From positions 1 through 39,862 of the forward strand of contig PFQT01000053.1 in assembly GCA_002788135.1 (NCBI GenBank): a stretch of DNA of 39,862 nt, written 5' to 3'. The position numbers and the translations under genes are program-made. The notes under the pieces were generated by a model. It was given only the letters and a program-made list of their open reading frames with translations. It did not search any database and was not told where the DNA came from. Numbering within the stretch: position 1 is the stretch's first letter; each line of letters opens with the position of its first letter. The DNA comes from Candidatus Yonathbacteria bacterium CG_4_8_14_3_um_filter_46_25 (GTDB taxonomy: Bacteria > Patescibacteriota > Minisyncoccia > Phycocordibacterales > UBA1539). Shown here piece by piece: positions 28,301 to 36,324 of this stretch.

Positions 28301-29013
28301 TCTTCAAGAATTTCCTTGTAGCGATGCAAATCAAGCTCTCTAAAAATATTGTAGATCGCCTCGGCGCCGATACCCGCCTCAAAAGCAGTTCCGTATTTCA
28401 GTGAATACTTGCCATAAGTCGCCTCGTCAATGACATTACCCTCTTCGATCTCGCCCACCTCCTTCTTTGCGGTAAGGAGCAATTCCTTGAGTTTCCCTTT
28501 TGAACGCTCATCATTAACTCCTTTTACCTTTTCCTTATATTCGCTGTCGAGACGCTTCAAGATATTGGTTTTCTCCGTATCATTGACGTTAGTGATGATA
28601 TAACCGGCAAAGTACACGACTTTTTCGATATCGGCAACCGATAGGTTAAGCAAAAGCCCTATTCTCGACGGAACACCCCTCAAAAACCAAATGTGTGCGA
28701 CAGGACTCGCAAGCTCGATGTGTCCCATGCGCTCTCTTCGAACGATTGAACGAGTAACCTCGACGCCGCACTTTTCACAAATAATACCTTTATACCGAAT
28801 TCTTTTGTATTTTCCGCAATAACATTCGTAGTCCTTTTCCGGTCCAAATATTCGCTCGTCAAAGAGTCCGCCGCGCTCGCTCCGTTGGGTTCGATAGTTA
28901 ATCGTTTCCGGCTTGGTCACTTCTCCGTATGACCATTCTTTGACCCTTTCGGGAGAAGCAAGTTTGAGGACAATCGAATCAAAATCGGTGATTTTTCCTT
29001 TTGTTGTTTTCAT
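25372..29013 (-). CDS. rpoC: RNA polymerase beta' subunit
   Basis: NADFDGDQM catalytic motif, GKRVDYSGRSVI, GEPGTQLTMRTFH. Confidence 0.99.
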   Translation of the reverse strand: MKTTKGKITDFDSIVLKLASPERVKEWSYGEVTKPETINYRTQRSERGGLFDERIFGPEKDYECYCGKYKRIRYKGIICEKCGVEVTRSIVRRERMGHIELASPVAHIWFLRGVPSRIGLLLNLSVADIEKVVYFAGYIITNVNDTEKTNILKRLDSEYKEKVKGVNDERSKGKLKELLLTAKKEVGEIEEGNVIDEATYGKYSLKYGTAFEAGIGAEAIYNIFRELDLHRYKEILEERLEKAKTAEKTKLRKRLGLIKSLIISGVMPEWMFLTMIPVTPPALRPMVALEGGRHATSDVNDLYRRVINRNNRLKKLKEIGAPEVILRNEKRILQEAVDSLIDNSIRRIQTAAVSQSQKRALKSIADTLKGKQGLFRQNLLGKRVDYSGRSVIVVGPDLKLNQCGLPKHMALELFRPFVISKILERELAFNIRGAGRIIDDGHPDVWAILEEVIKNKFVLLNRAPTLHRLGIQAFNPILIEGNAIMVHPLVCRAFNADFDGDQMAVHVPLSDEAQQEARDLMASNQNLLGPGNGDPIVNPELDIVLGCYWMTKVIDGEVGEGKVFPNPNSAIMAYDFGLVGFRSKIKVMPTDSPKYGAYESKLFETSVGRLLFNSVLPSDFAYINKEVNKRGLGEIVEDIIERYGMEGTPKILDKIKAFGYKYVTQSGITWGIDEVQVPAEKKGIIEGARKKIAVIQDQYDEGLLANEERFRKVISVWQETRDLIERVIPGTLAKDGPVSDMLHSGARGSISQIVQMAGMKGLIVNTAGRTIDFPIIPSAKEGLSPIEYFVTTHGSRKGLADTALKTAKAGYLTRRLVDVAQDAIITEEDCGEKEGKRVTKQNLAGFETPISKNLRGRILAKDVVGVDGKVLFKKGAIVSKKDAIKAEEAGVTEAFVRSPLTCKTLYGVCQKCYGVDPGRNKLVKLGEAVGIVAAQAIGEPGTQLTMRTFHAGGIASVGGDITQGLPRVEEIFERKIPKSAAVINVSDGEVIEVENSMDGKKIIVLADPATKTKGKERVEYIVPLKRMSRVKVGDTVKKGDILTDGSADISELFKYSTKDATQDYILNEVNRIYELQGASICKKHIEVIVRQMFARVRIKEAGDTKFIIGSVVDKSVFNAENEKVKAGGGEVATAISIVLGISDVALTTKSWLSAASFENTTRVLIETAIRGTEDQLRGLKENVILGRLIPVGTGARIKEKVASDREKDSAPVE

Positions 29014-29036
29014 AAGATTGAGCGTTATAAATTCAA

Positions 29037-32000
29037 TTATTTTGTCCGAGTATCTTCGTCATGTTTTTGTAAAATAACATCGAGCGAGAGACCACGCAGG
29101 TTATACAAAAGCACATTGAACGATTCCGGCGTATTGGACTCGTGTATTTTCTCACCTTGAACGATCGCATCGAACGCACGCGACCGACCTACGATATCGT
29201 CCGATTTTATGGTGAGCATTTCGCGCAATATGTGCGCCGCGCCGTATCCTTCAAGCGCCCATACTTCCATTTCGCCAAAACGCTGACCACCTCCTTGTGC
29301 CTTGCCTCCAAGCGGTTGCTGTGTAATGAGCGAGTATGGTCCAATGGATCGCATATGTATCTTGTCTTCTACCATGTGATGCAATTTGAGTATGTACATA
29401 TAGCCAACAGCTATATTTTGTTCGAATGTCTGACCCGTTCTACCGTCAAAAAGTTTCATTTTCCCGTCAGCGCTGAATCCAGCCTTTTCCAATTCTTCTT
29501 TGATTTCTTCAACAGTCGCCCCCATGAACGCCGGAACGATCGCTTGATAATCGAGCGTATGCGCGGCAAGACCAAGATGAAGTTCAAGTATCTGTCCCAA
29601 ATTCATACGAGACGGAACGCCAAGAGGAGTCAAGATAACATCAACCGGCCTTCCGTCTTCCATGAACGGCATATCTTCTTCCGCGAGAACCGTTGAAACA
29701 ACACCCTTGTTCCCATGGCGTCCCGCAAGTTTGTCGCCGACCGTAACGTTGCGAAGTTGAGCGATTTCAACATGAATCTTCTTTATAATCCCAGACTCAA
29801 GATTGTCTCCGCGATCACGCGAAAAGACCTTGACGCCGACAATACGACCGCGTTTGCCGTGCGGCATCCGCAGTGATGTGTCCTTGACATCACGCGCTTT
29901 CTCTCCGAAGATCGAACGGAGAAGACGCTCCTCGGGAGTAAGTTCCGCTTCTCCCTTGGGAGTAATCTTGCCAACCAGAATATCTCCCGGCTGAACTTCG
30001 GCGCCGATGCGCACAATACCATCTTCGTCGAGATCTTTGAGTTTCGCTTCGCCAACATTCGGAATATCGTGAGTTGTTATTTCCGGCCCAAGCTTCGTGT
30101 CTCTCACATTGGCCGTAAACTCGTCCATATAAATGCTCGTGAAGCGTCCGTCTTTCACCACTTTTTCCGAGAGAATGATCGCGTCTTCATAGTTTGACCC
30201 TCCCCACGACATGAAAGCGACGAGCATATTTTGCCCGAGCGCGATCTGTCCGCCGTCAGACGACGAGGTGTCGACGAGTAGATCTCCTTTCTTTACTTTC
30301 TGTCCAAGAGAAACCGCTGGTCGTTGATGGAGCGCGGTAAAACTGTTCGTGCGCGAGTAATTCACCAGATCATAGGTATGTCTTGTTTCTTTGTTCCCTT
30401 TAAGAACGACTTTTTTCGCGTCAACCGCTTCGATCGTTCCATCTTCTGGAGCAAGGATGATCCTTCCCGTATCACGAGCCGCTTTTGCTTCCATGCCGGT
30501 AGCGACAAGCGGCGCTTGGGGGAGAATGGCCGGTGTCGCCTGTTTCTGCATGTTTGATCCCATGAGTGCTCGGTTGGCATCATTATGTTCAAGGAACGGG
30601 ATCATGGATGTTGCTATGGAAAACGCCTGACCGGGCGCAACATCCATCAATTGGACTTCGTCACGACCAACAAGAAGAGGACTGGTCTTTGATCTCGCTT
30701 CCACATATGGCTCCGAAATATTCCCCGACGCATCATAATGTGTCGCCGCGTGAGCGATGATGTATTGCTCCTCTTCAAGCGCGTCAAGATAAACAACTTC
30801 TCCGGTTATTTTTCCTTTTTCAACTTTTACGTATGGTGTTTCAATGATCCCGAAATCATTGACCCAAGCATACGTTGCGAATCGCAAGATAAGACCGATG
30901 TTCGGACCTTCGGGGGTATGGATGGGACACAGTCTTCCATAGTGCGATGAATGAACATCGCGCACCTCAAGCCCCGCGCGCTCACGAGTGAGACCGCCCG
31001 GTCCGAGCGCCGAGAGTGTTCGGAGGTGCTCTATTTCGTTCAATATATTGTACTGCCCCATGAACTGCGAAAGTTGGTTGGTGGCAAAAAATTCTTTGAT
31101 GCGCGCCTGAAGCGGTCGAGGACTAATGAATTGTATGGGCAGGACCGTGTCCGACTCAATGGTCGACATCCTATCCTGAACATTTCGTTTGATCTGCGAC
31201 ATGCCAACTCGCAGTTTTTGATGAAGAAGCTCGCCGACGGAACGAACCCGACGCGAACCGAGGTGGTCAATATCATCGGGAGCGGCCCCGGGTGTTATAT
31301 TGAGCTTGGCGATATGCGCGACGATGGCAACGACATCATCGCGAGAAATAGTGCGCTCGTTCGTCAATACGCTTTTGTCAGATTTCCTTCCGAACCGCTT
31401 GTTGAATTTGAAACGACCGACTTCGGAAAGATCATACCGTTCCTTGCTGAAAATCGAGTCGATAAATCCTTTCGCGTTGTCGGGAGTAACAAGCTCGCCG
31501 TCACGCAAACGTTTATGGATCTCAACATACGAATTTTCTACCGTCTTTGCCGTGTCTTTTTCAAGCGTCGCCTCTATCTGCGCGCGGGCGGCAGGATCGG
31601 CAAACGCCGCGATGATCTCTTTGTCATCTTTCATTCCAAGCACACGAAGCAAAAAAGTGACCGGAAATTTTCGCTTCTTATCGATCCGAACATAGATCAC
31701 GCCATCCGGCTCGGACTCAAGCTCGACCCACGCGCCACGAGACGGAATAATCTTTGCTCCAAAATACCGTTTTCCTTTAAGTTCCTGCACGGAGAACGAA
31801 ACCCCAAACGAACGAGCGAGTTGGGGAACGATGACACGTTCGACACCGTTGATAATGAATGTCCCATGAGGAGTCATCATCGGAAAATCCGCCATGAAGA
31901 TTTCTTGCTCTTTGCTCGTATTGAGCGTTTTGTTCTTCAGTCTGACGACCGCGCGAAGAGACGCTTCATAAGTGATCTTATTGTCTTTCGCGTAATACTC

Positions 32001-32207
32001 ATCGTACTTCGGCTTCCCGAGCTCAAAACTTACAAACTCAAGATCGAACTTTTTCTGCGAATAATCAACGACGGGAGAGAACTCTCGAAACACCTCCCCG
32101 ATCCCTTCGTCAATAAGCAATCGATAGGATTTTAATTGCGTCTCCACAAAGTCAGGAAACTGCACGATCGGCTCTTTATACCTGCTGAAATATTTCTTTG
32201 TTTTCAT
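29037..32207 (-). CDS. rpoB: RNA polymerase beta subunit (compact, 1056 aa)
   Basis: GDKLAGRHGNKG, GGQRFGEMEVWAL, TPEGPNIGL. Confidence 0.99.
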   Translation of the reverse strand: MKTKKYFSRYKEPIVQFPDFVETQLKSYRLLIDEGIGEVFREFSPVVDYSQKKFDLEFVSFELGKPKYDEYYAKDNKITYEASLRAVVRLKNKTLNTSKEQEIFMADFPMMTPHGTFIINGVERVIVPQLARSFGVSFSVQELKGKRYFGAKIIPSRGAWVELESEPDGVIYVRIDKKRKFPVTFLLRVLGMKDDKEIIAAFADPAARAQIEATLEKDTAKTVENSYVEIHKRLRDGELVTPDNAKGFIDSIFSKERYDLSEVGRFKFNKRFGRKSDKSVLTNERTISRDDVVAIVAHIAKLNITPGAAPDDIDHLGSRRVRSVGELLHQKLRVGMSQIKRNVQDRMSTIESDTVLPIQFISPRPLQARIKEFFATNQLSQFMGQYNILNEIEHLRTLSALGPGGLTRERAGLEVRDVHSSHYGRLCPIHTPEGPNIGLILRFATYAWVNDFGIIETPYVKVEKGKITGEVVYLDALEEEQYIIAHAATHYDASGNISEPYVEARSKTSPLLVGRDEVQLMDVAPGQAFSIATSMIPFLEHNDANRALMGSNMQKQATPAILPQAPLVATGMEAKAARDTGRIILAPEDGTIEAVDAKKVVLKGNKETRHTYDLVNYSRTNSFTALHQRPAVSLGQKVKKGDLLVDTSSSDGGQIALGQNMLVAFMSWGGSNYEDAIILSEKVVKDGRFTSIYMDEFTANVRDTKLGPEITTHDIPNVGEAKLKDLDEDGIVRIGAEVQPGDILVGKITPKGEAELTPEERLLRSIFGEKARDVKDTSLRMPHGKRGRIVGVKVFSRDRGDNLESGIIKKIHVEIAQLRNVTVGDKLAGRHGNKGVVSTVLAEEDMPFMEDGRPVDVILTPLGVPSRMNLGQILELHLGLAAHTLDYQAIVPAFMGATVEEIKEELEKAGFSADGKMKLFDGRTGQTFEQNIAVGYMYILKLHHMVEDKIHMRSIGPYSLITQQPLGGKAQGGGQRFGEMEVWALEGYGAAHILREMLTIKSDDIVGRSRAFDAIVQGEKIHESNTPESFNVLLYNLRGLSLDVILQKHDEDTRTK

Positions 32208-32348
32208 GCAAAAAAAGATACAGGGTAAAAACCCCTATTCTGGTAAGTAACAACTAGTTTATACTCAAAGTACGCAAAATAGCTCTGGAAACTAGCCCAC
32301 TATCAAAAAATACTCCAACAGTAACTCAATCTATGAGGATTGCACGAA

Positions 32349-32387
32349 AGTATACTCCCTGTATATTTTTTGTCAATATGTGGATAA
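32349..32387 (-). promoter_or_regulatory. rpoB promoter with adjacent DnaA box
   Basis: Minus strand: TTATCCACA (32387-32379), 2 nt, TTGACA (32376-32371), 16 nt, TATACT (32354-32349). Confidence 0.65.
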
Positions 32388-32524
32388 TCATACCCCGCCA
32401 TCAACGATGCCGTTGTTATTCCCCGCGTTTCCACTGCCACCCTCATGAATTAACTGTTACCCAAGAGACACGCAAGCAGTGATATGAATTTTACGATAAT
32501 GCGCTTGGTTATTGATATGAAAGT

Positions 32525-33178
32525 TTACCGCCTTCCTTGCCCTTTTCGCTTTTTTTTCCATCCTTCTATTTTTACATGGTCGCCGGAAAGCAGAACGCGT
32601 GGCACGCGGTATTTTTTACCTTTGTGAACAAATATATCAGGGCGCGTGTAAGTTTCACTTGCCGAAACGCGGTACTCTTCGATGGACTCGCTCTTTCCGA
32701 GAACTCCCGGCACGCGACGCGACACGGCATCGACCACCACCATCGCGGGTGCTTCGCCACCCGTGAGCACATATGGTCCGATCGAAACCTCTTCGGCGCG
32801 CAGTATTTTTTTAACACGCGCATCAATACCCTCATAACGGCCGGAGATGAGGACGATGTCGCGATATTCCTTGGCAAGCTTGTCGGCATACGCATTGGTG
32901 AATTGCTTCCCGGACGGCGAGAACAAGACGATTTTCACATTTCGCTTTCGCGCGCGCGCCTTGCCTACCGCCGCAATAATCGGTTCCGCTTGCATGACCA
33001 TCCCGGGACCTCCGCCGTACGGCCGATCATCTACCTTACGATGCTTATTTTTGGTGAAATCGCGCGGATTGTAAAAACGCACATCGACAAGTCCTGCCTC
33101 TCCGGCGCGGCCAAGGATCGACTCATTGAGATACCCTCTGATACTCTCGGGAAACAAGGTTATTACATGGAATGTCAT
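32525..33178 (-). CDS. trmD: tRNA (guanine-N1)-methyltransferase
   Basis: VDDRPYGGGPGMVM, GRYEGIDAR, SIGPYVLTGGE, YTRP, VLLSGDH. Confidence 0.96.
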   Translation of the reverse strand: MTFHVITLFPESIRGYLNESILGRAGEAGLVDVRFYNPRDFTKNKHRKVDDRPYGGGPGMVMQAEPIIAAVGKARARKRNVKIVLFSPSGKQFTNAYADKLAKEYRDIVLISGRYEGIDARVKKILRAEEVSIGPYVLTGGEAPAMVVVDAVSRRVPGVLGKSESIEEYRVSASETYTRPDIFVHKGKKYRVPRVLLSGDHVKIEGWKKKRKGQGRR

Positions 33179-33252
33179 TTATTTTTGTGTTTGATCAATT
33201 CTTGTACTCTAGCAAAAATGCGCAGGGTAGACAAATAAACAGATGCTAAACG

Positions 33253-33290
33253 AAAAACCGCCCTCGCGCCACATGGTGCAAAGGCGGATA
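33253..33290 (-). terminator. Probable intrinsic terminator after khpA
   Basis: Minus strand CCGCCTTTGCACC/GGCGCGAGGGCGG + TTTTT. Confidence 0.55.
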
Positions 33291-33318
33291 TTTCTTCCTT
33301 TTATTCCGAAAGGGAAAC

Positions 33319-33639
33319 CTAGGATTTCAGGTCCTCCATTGCCTGATCGATACTGTTTGCGGAATCGCTCCCGCTTCTACTGCCTCCTTCCGGTTCGTTG
33401 ATCTTGAGATTCACACGCGCGTTGTTTTTCATACCAACTATGCGGAGAAGAGTACGGATCGCTTTGGCGGTATTACCCGATCGTCCGATGACCTTACCCA
33501 TGTCATCTTTATTGACATCAAGAGTGACCAACACTCCCATTTCGTCAACATCACGCTTGACTTTCACGTCGCTTGGGTTATCAACCAACGCCTTGACCAC
33601 GTACTCGAGAAATATTACATCGCTTTCTTCTGAAGACAT
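33319..33639 (-). CDS. khpA: KH-domain RNA-binding protein (KhpA/YlqC)
   Basis: LEYVVKALVDNP, DDMGKVIGRSGNTAKAIRTLL; lies between rpsP and trmD. Confidence 0.88.
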   Translation of the reverse strand: MSSEESDVIFLEYVVKALVDNPSDVKVKRDVDEMGVLVTLDVNKDDMGKVIGRSGNTAKAIRTLLRIVGMKNNARVNLKINEPEGGSRSGSDSANSIDQAMEDLKS

Positions 33640-33920
33640 TGCAACCTAAGTACTTAAACTTAAATAACTTATTCCATGCAGTTGCTCGACCACATCCAAA
33701 CTGCTGAAGATAATTGTATAAAAAAAACACAGACAGTCAACCCCTTGTACCAACAATGTCGCTTCTGCTTCACGTTTTTATAGCTACCAACGGAGCAATT
33801 GCCAAAGAACGGTATCTGACAGTGATATAAACTTTTGCAACGAAAATACGATAGTATTGGTGCGCGGACAAGTTGGTGTTATTGGCGATTGCCACAGGTG
33901 AACACAGCGCGCGCCCAACT

Positions 33921-34322
33921 CTACTTTTCTTCTTTCTTTCCCGCAATAGAAGTATCTTTGGCGGCAACTGCTGGTTTTTCTTCTCCGCCGGCTGATGAAT
34001 TTTCAGCTTTCGATGCGGCTTCGACTTTCTTATCCCCTTCTTTCTTTATCGGGCTCTTTTTAGGAAGCACGTTGACTTTTTTGCCCTCGATCACCTTTTC
34101 CGTAACAAAAATATTGTGTACCGTGTCGGAGAGTTTCGCACCAACCGACATCCAGTGGAGTGCTCGCTCCTTGTTTATTTGAGGGGTTCCAAAGCGCGCG
34201 TTATATGAACCAACAACTTCGACATGATTGCCGCTTTTTGGACCCGTATGGGAATCAACGACAACAAGCCGAAACGACGGATCGTTCTTTCTCCCCACTC
34301 GTTGTAATCGTATCTTTAACAT
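33921..34322 (-). CDS. rpsP: 30S ribosomal protein S16 with C-terminal extension
   Basis: MLKIRLQRVGRKNDPSFRLVVVDS, W..VGAKLSDTV. Confidence 0.95.
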   Translation of the reverse strand: MLKIRLQRVGRKNDPSFRLVVVDSHTGPKSGNHVEVVGSYNARFGTPQINKERALHWMSVGAKLSDTVHNIFVTEKVIEGKKVNVLPKKSPIKKEGDKKVEAASKAENSSAGGEEKPAVAAKDTSIAGKKEEK

Positions 34323-34434
34323 TGGGTGCAATACTAACAGAACGACGGGTAAAGGTCAATATGCGCATGCGCACGAATGGTGTTGTAGATAGACTTATAG
34401 ACGCAGAGCTTATAAGATATTACAATACAGATAC

Positions 34435-34680
34435 ATGTTTTTCCCGAGCAACACTACCGAACACGCGCCGATCGTCATACCGACTCATTTTCTTTGGGTC
34501 GGCTTGCTTGCGATGCTTATACTATTTATGATCATCAGCACTGTTCTTGTATATCACTGGGTAACGTACGGGTACAAAGCCGCAACAACGAGTATTGCGG
34601 GCATTGTTTATTTTTCCGGCTCGGTCCTTTTTGTCGGCATTACGATGATCGCAATCATATCTTATGGAATTTCATTATGA
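34435..34680 (+). CDS. Small two-TM membrane protein
   Basis: Two hydrophobic helices around YHWVTYG; ATGA overlap with the next gene. Confidence 0.75.
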   Translation: MFFPSNTTEHAPIVIPTHFLWVGLLAMLILFMIISTVLVYHWVTYGYKAATTSIAGIVYFSGSVLFVGITMIAIISYGISL

Positions 34681-35219
34681 TCAAACTTGATGAAAATGAA
34701 AAAATAATCCTCGAGATACGGAAACACTGGTTCCTGCTTGTGGCTGAATCGTTCTTTCTCGTATTCCTTGCCACCATTCCGTTCATAGTATTCAAAGGAA
34801 TAAGCATCACCGGCTTTCTGCGATTCATAACCTTCCAGGGAAGTGGTACATCTCTGTATGTTGCGATCTCCTCCGTGTGGCTTCTTTTTGTGTGGGTCAC
34901 ATTTTTTGTCATCTGGACGGATTACTATCTCGACATTCTCATCATCACCGACAAAAAAGTGATCGACATTGAGCAAAAAGGTCTTTTCTATCGTGAAATA
35001 TCAACATTTCGACTAGACAAGATACAAGACATCACCGTCAAAGTGAACGGCCTCATCCCCACATTCTTCGGTTTTGGCGATATTTATATTCAGACCGCGA
35101 GCGAGGAACAATCATTTGCCGCCAAAGGTGTTCCACACCCCGACAAGATCAAATGGCAGATCCAGGACGAACAAAACAAGGCGCTTGATGAATTACGACA
35201 CGTGTGGATACGAAAATAG
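34677..35219 (+). CDS. Membrane protein with bacterial PH (bPH_2/YdbS-like) domain
   Basis: EKIILEIRKHW, two TMs, IITDKKVIDIEQKGLF, KIQDITV, FGFGDIYIQTA. Confidence 0.85.
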   Translation: MIKLDENEKIILEIRKHWFLLVAESFFLVFLATIPFIVFKGISITGFLRFITFQGSGTSLYVAISSVWLLFVWVTFFVIWTDYYLDILIITDKKVIDIEQKGLFYREISTFRLDKIQDITVKVNGLIPTFFGFGDIYIQTASEEQSFAAKGVPHPDKIKWQIQDEQNKALDELRHVWIRK

Positions 35220-35271
35220 AAAAGAAAAAGACGGCACGCGCGGACGCTTGTGCCGTCAATCTTGAAACAAC

Positions 35272-35841
35272 CTAAACCATTGCCGACATCTCGTCGGCAA
35301 CCTCGTCGACGAGTCCGAACGCCACCGCCTCCTCGGCGGAAAACGATCTCTCGGCGTTCATCGCCGCAACAATCTCCGCCAATGAGCGCCCTGTGCGTTG
35401 CGTGAATATCGTGTATATCCTCCGCAATCTCTGGAGGACATAATCGATATTCTCGATCACCCGCGCTTGATCGAGCTCGACGGTTCCCGACTCGTTCATT
35501 CGGCTAATAATTCTGATATTCGCGGTGCTGTTGTGAATCACGATCTCGGCATGCCGCGCGATCATTCGCAGCCGACATGCCTGCAGTACCACACTCGCCA
35601 TCGAGTTCGCCGAACCGACAACAACGCCGACAACCGGCACCCCCGACATGCTGACAGTGTCGTAGATATCGAGCCCGTCGCGGACGTTCCCGCCGGAGCT
35701 CTTGATATAGAGTGTCGCTTCGTCTCCACCATGTTTCAGACGAAGCAACGCCTCTGCAACATAGTTCGCTGTGCGCTCATCTATGTTGCCATTCAACACT
35801 ATGATCCGCGACCGAAGTAGTCGCTCATGGACTTTATTCAT
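35272..35841 (-). CDS. Divergent ClpP-family protease
   Basis: GGAGG SD before ATG 35841; LYIKSSGGNV.DGLDIYD, ANSMASVV (Ser), VIHN (His), FSAEEAVAFGLVDEV. Confidence 0.85.
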   Translation of the reverse strand: MNKVHERLLRSRIIVLNGNIDERTANYVAEALLRLKHGGDEATLYIKSSGGNVRDGLDIYDTVSMSGVPVVGVVVGSANSMASVVLQACRLRMIARHAEIVIHNSTANIRIISRMNESGTVELDQARVIENIDYVLQRLRRIYTIFTQRTGRSLAEIVAAMNAERSFSAEEAVAFGLVDEVADEMSAMV

Positions 35842-35980
35842 GGAAATACCTCCGTTGCGTGCGTGCGCTATTGCACCGTGCTTCAAGTATGCTATACTAT
35901 AGTAAGCATTACCACTATTAGTGGTAATTGTCAACGGGTGTATCTTTACACTCGCATTATTCATTAAAATAAAAAATATT

Positions 35981-36244
35981 ATGATGTCAGAAGGAGTACC
36001 GCAAGACAGCGGGCAAACAAACGCGTTCCCCGCCGACAAAGATGAGAACGAAGAGAAGAATGAGAAAAAGAACGAGGACAGAAATAATGGACAAGCAACT
36101 GCTGTTCATGTTACTGGTGGTGCGGGTGGCGTCCCCCCGCAAGGAGACGGCACGGGGAAATTCATACGAGTCCATAAAGACGGCACGACCGAAAGAACGA
36201 ATAATCTGAAACCAGATGACAATTGGCCACCAGAGCACAATTAA
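35981..36244 (+). CDS. Small acidic/disordered hypothetical protein
   Basis: Open frame after an AT-rich leader, followed by hairpin + T-tract near 36270-36297; no recognisable motif. Confidence 0.55.
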   Translation: MMSEGVPQDSGQTNAFPADKDENEEKNEKKNEDRNNGQATAVHVTGGAGGVPPQGDGTGKFIRVHKDGTTERTNNLKPDDNWPPEHN

Positions 36245-36324
36245 TTTCCACCTTATCCGGAACAACATGTCCCGCCTTTAGCGGGATTTGTTTTTTGGAC
36301 AAAAACCACTATCATAAAAAAAAT

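Noticed and set aside
30951-32135. 394-aa ORF antisense to rpoB and other long shadow ORFs (e.g. 6193-6987, 7813-8445, 32537-33238)
   Set aside because: They overlap well-supported genes and show no motifs; expected from codon bias.
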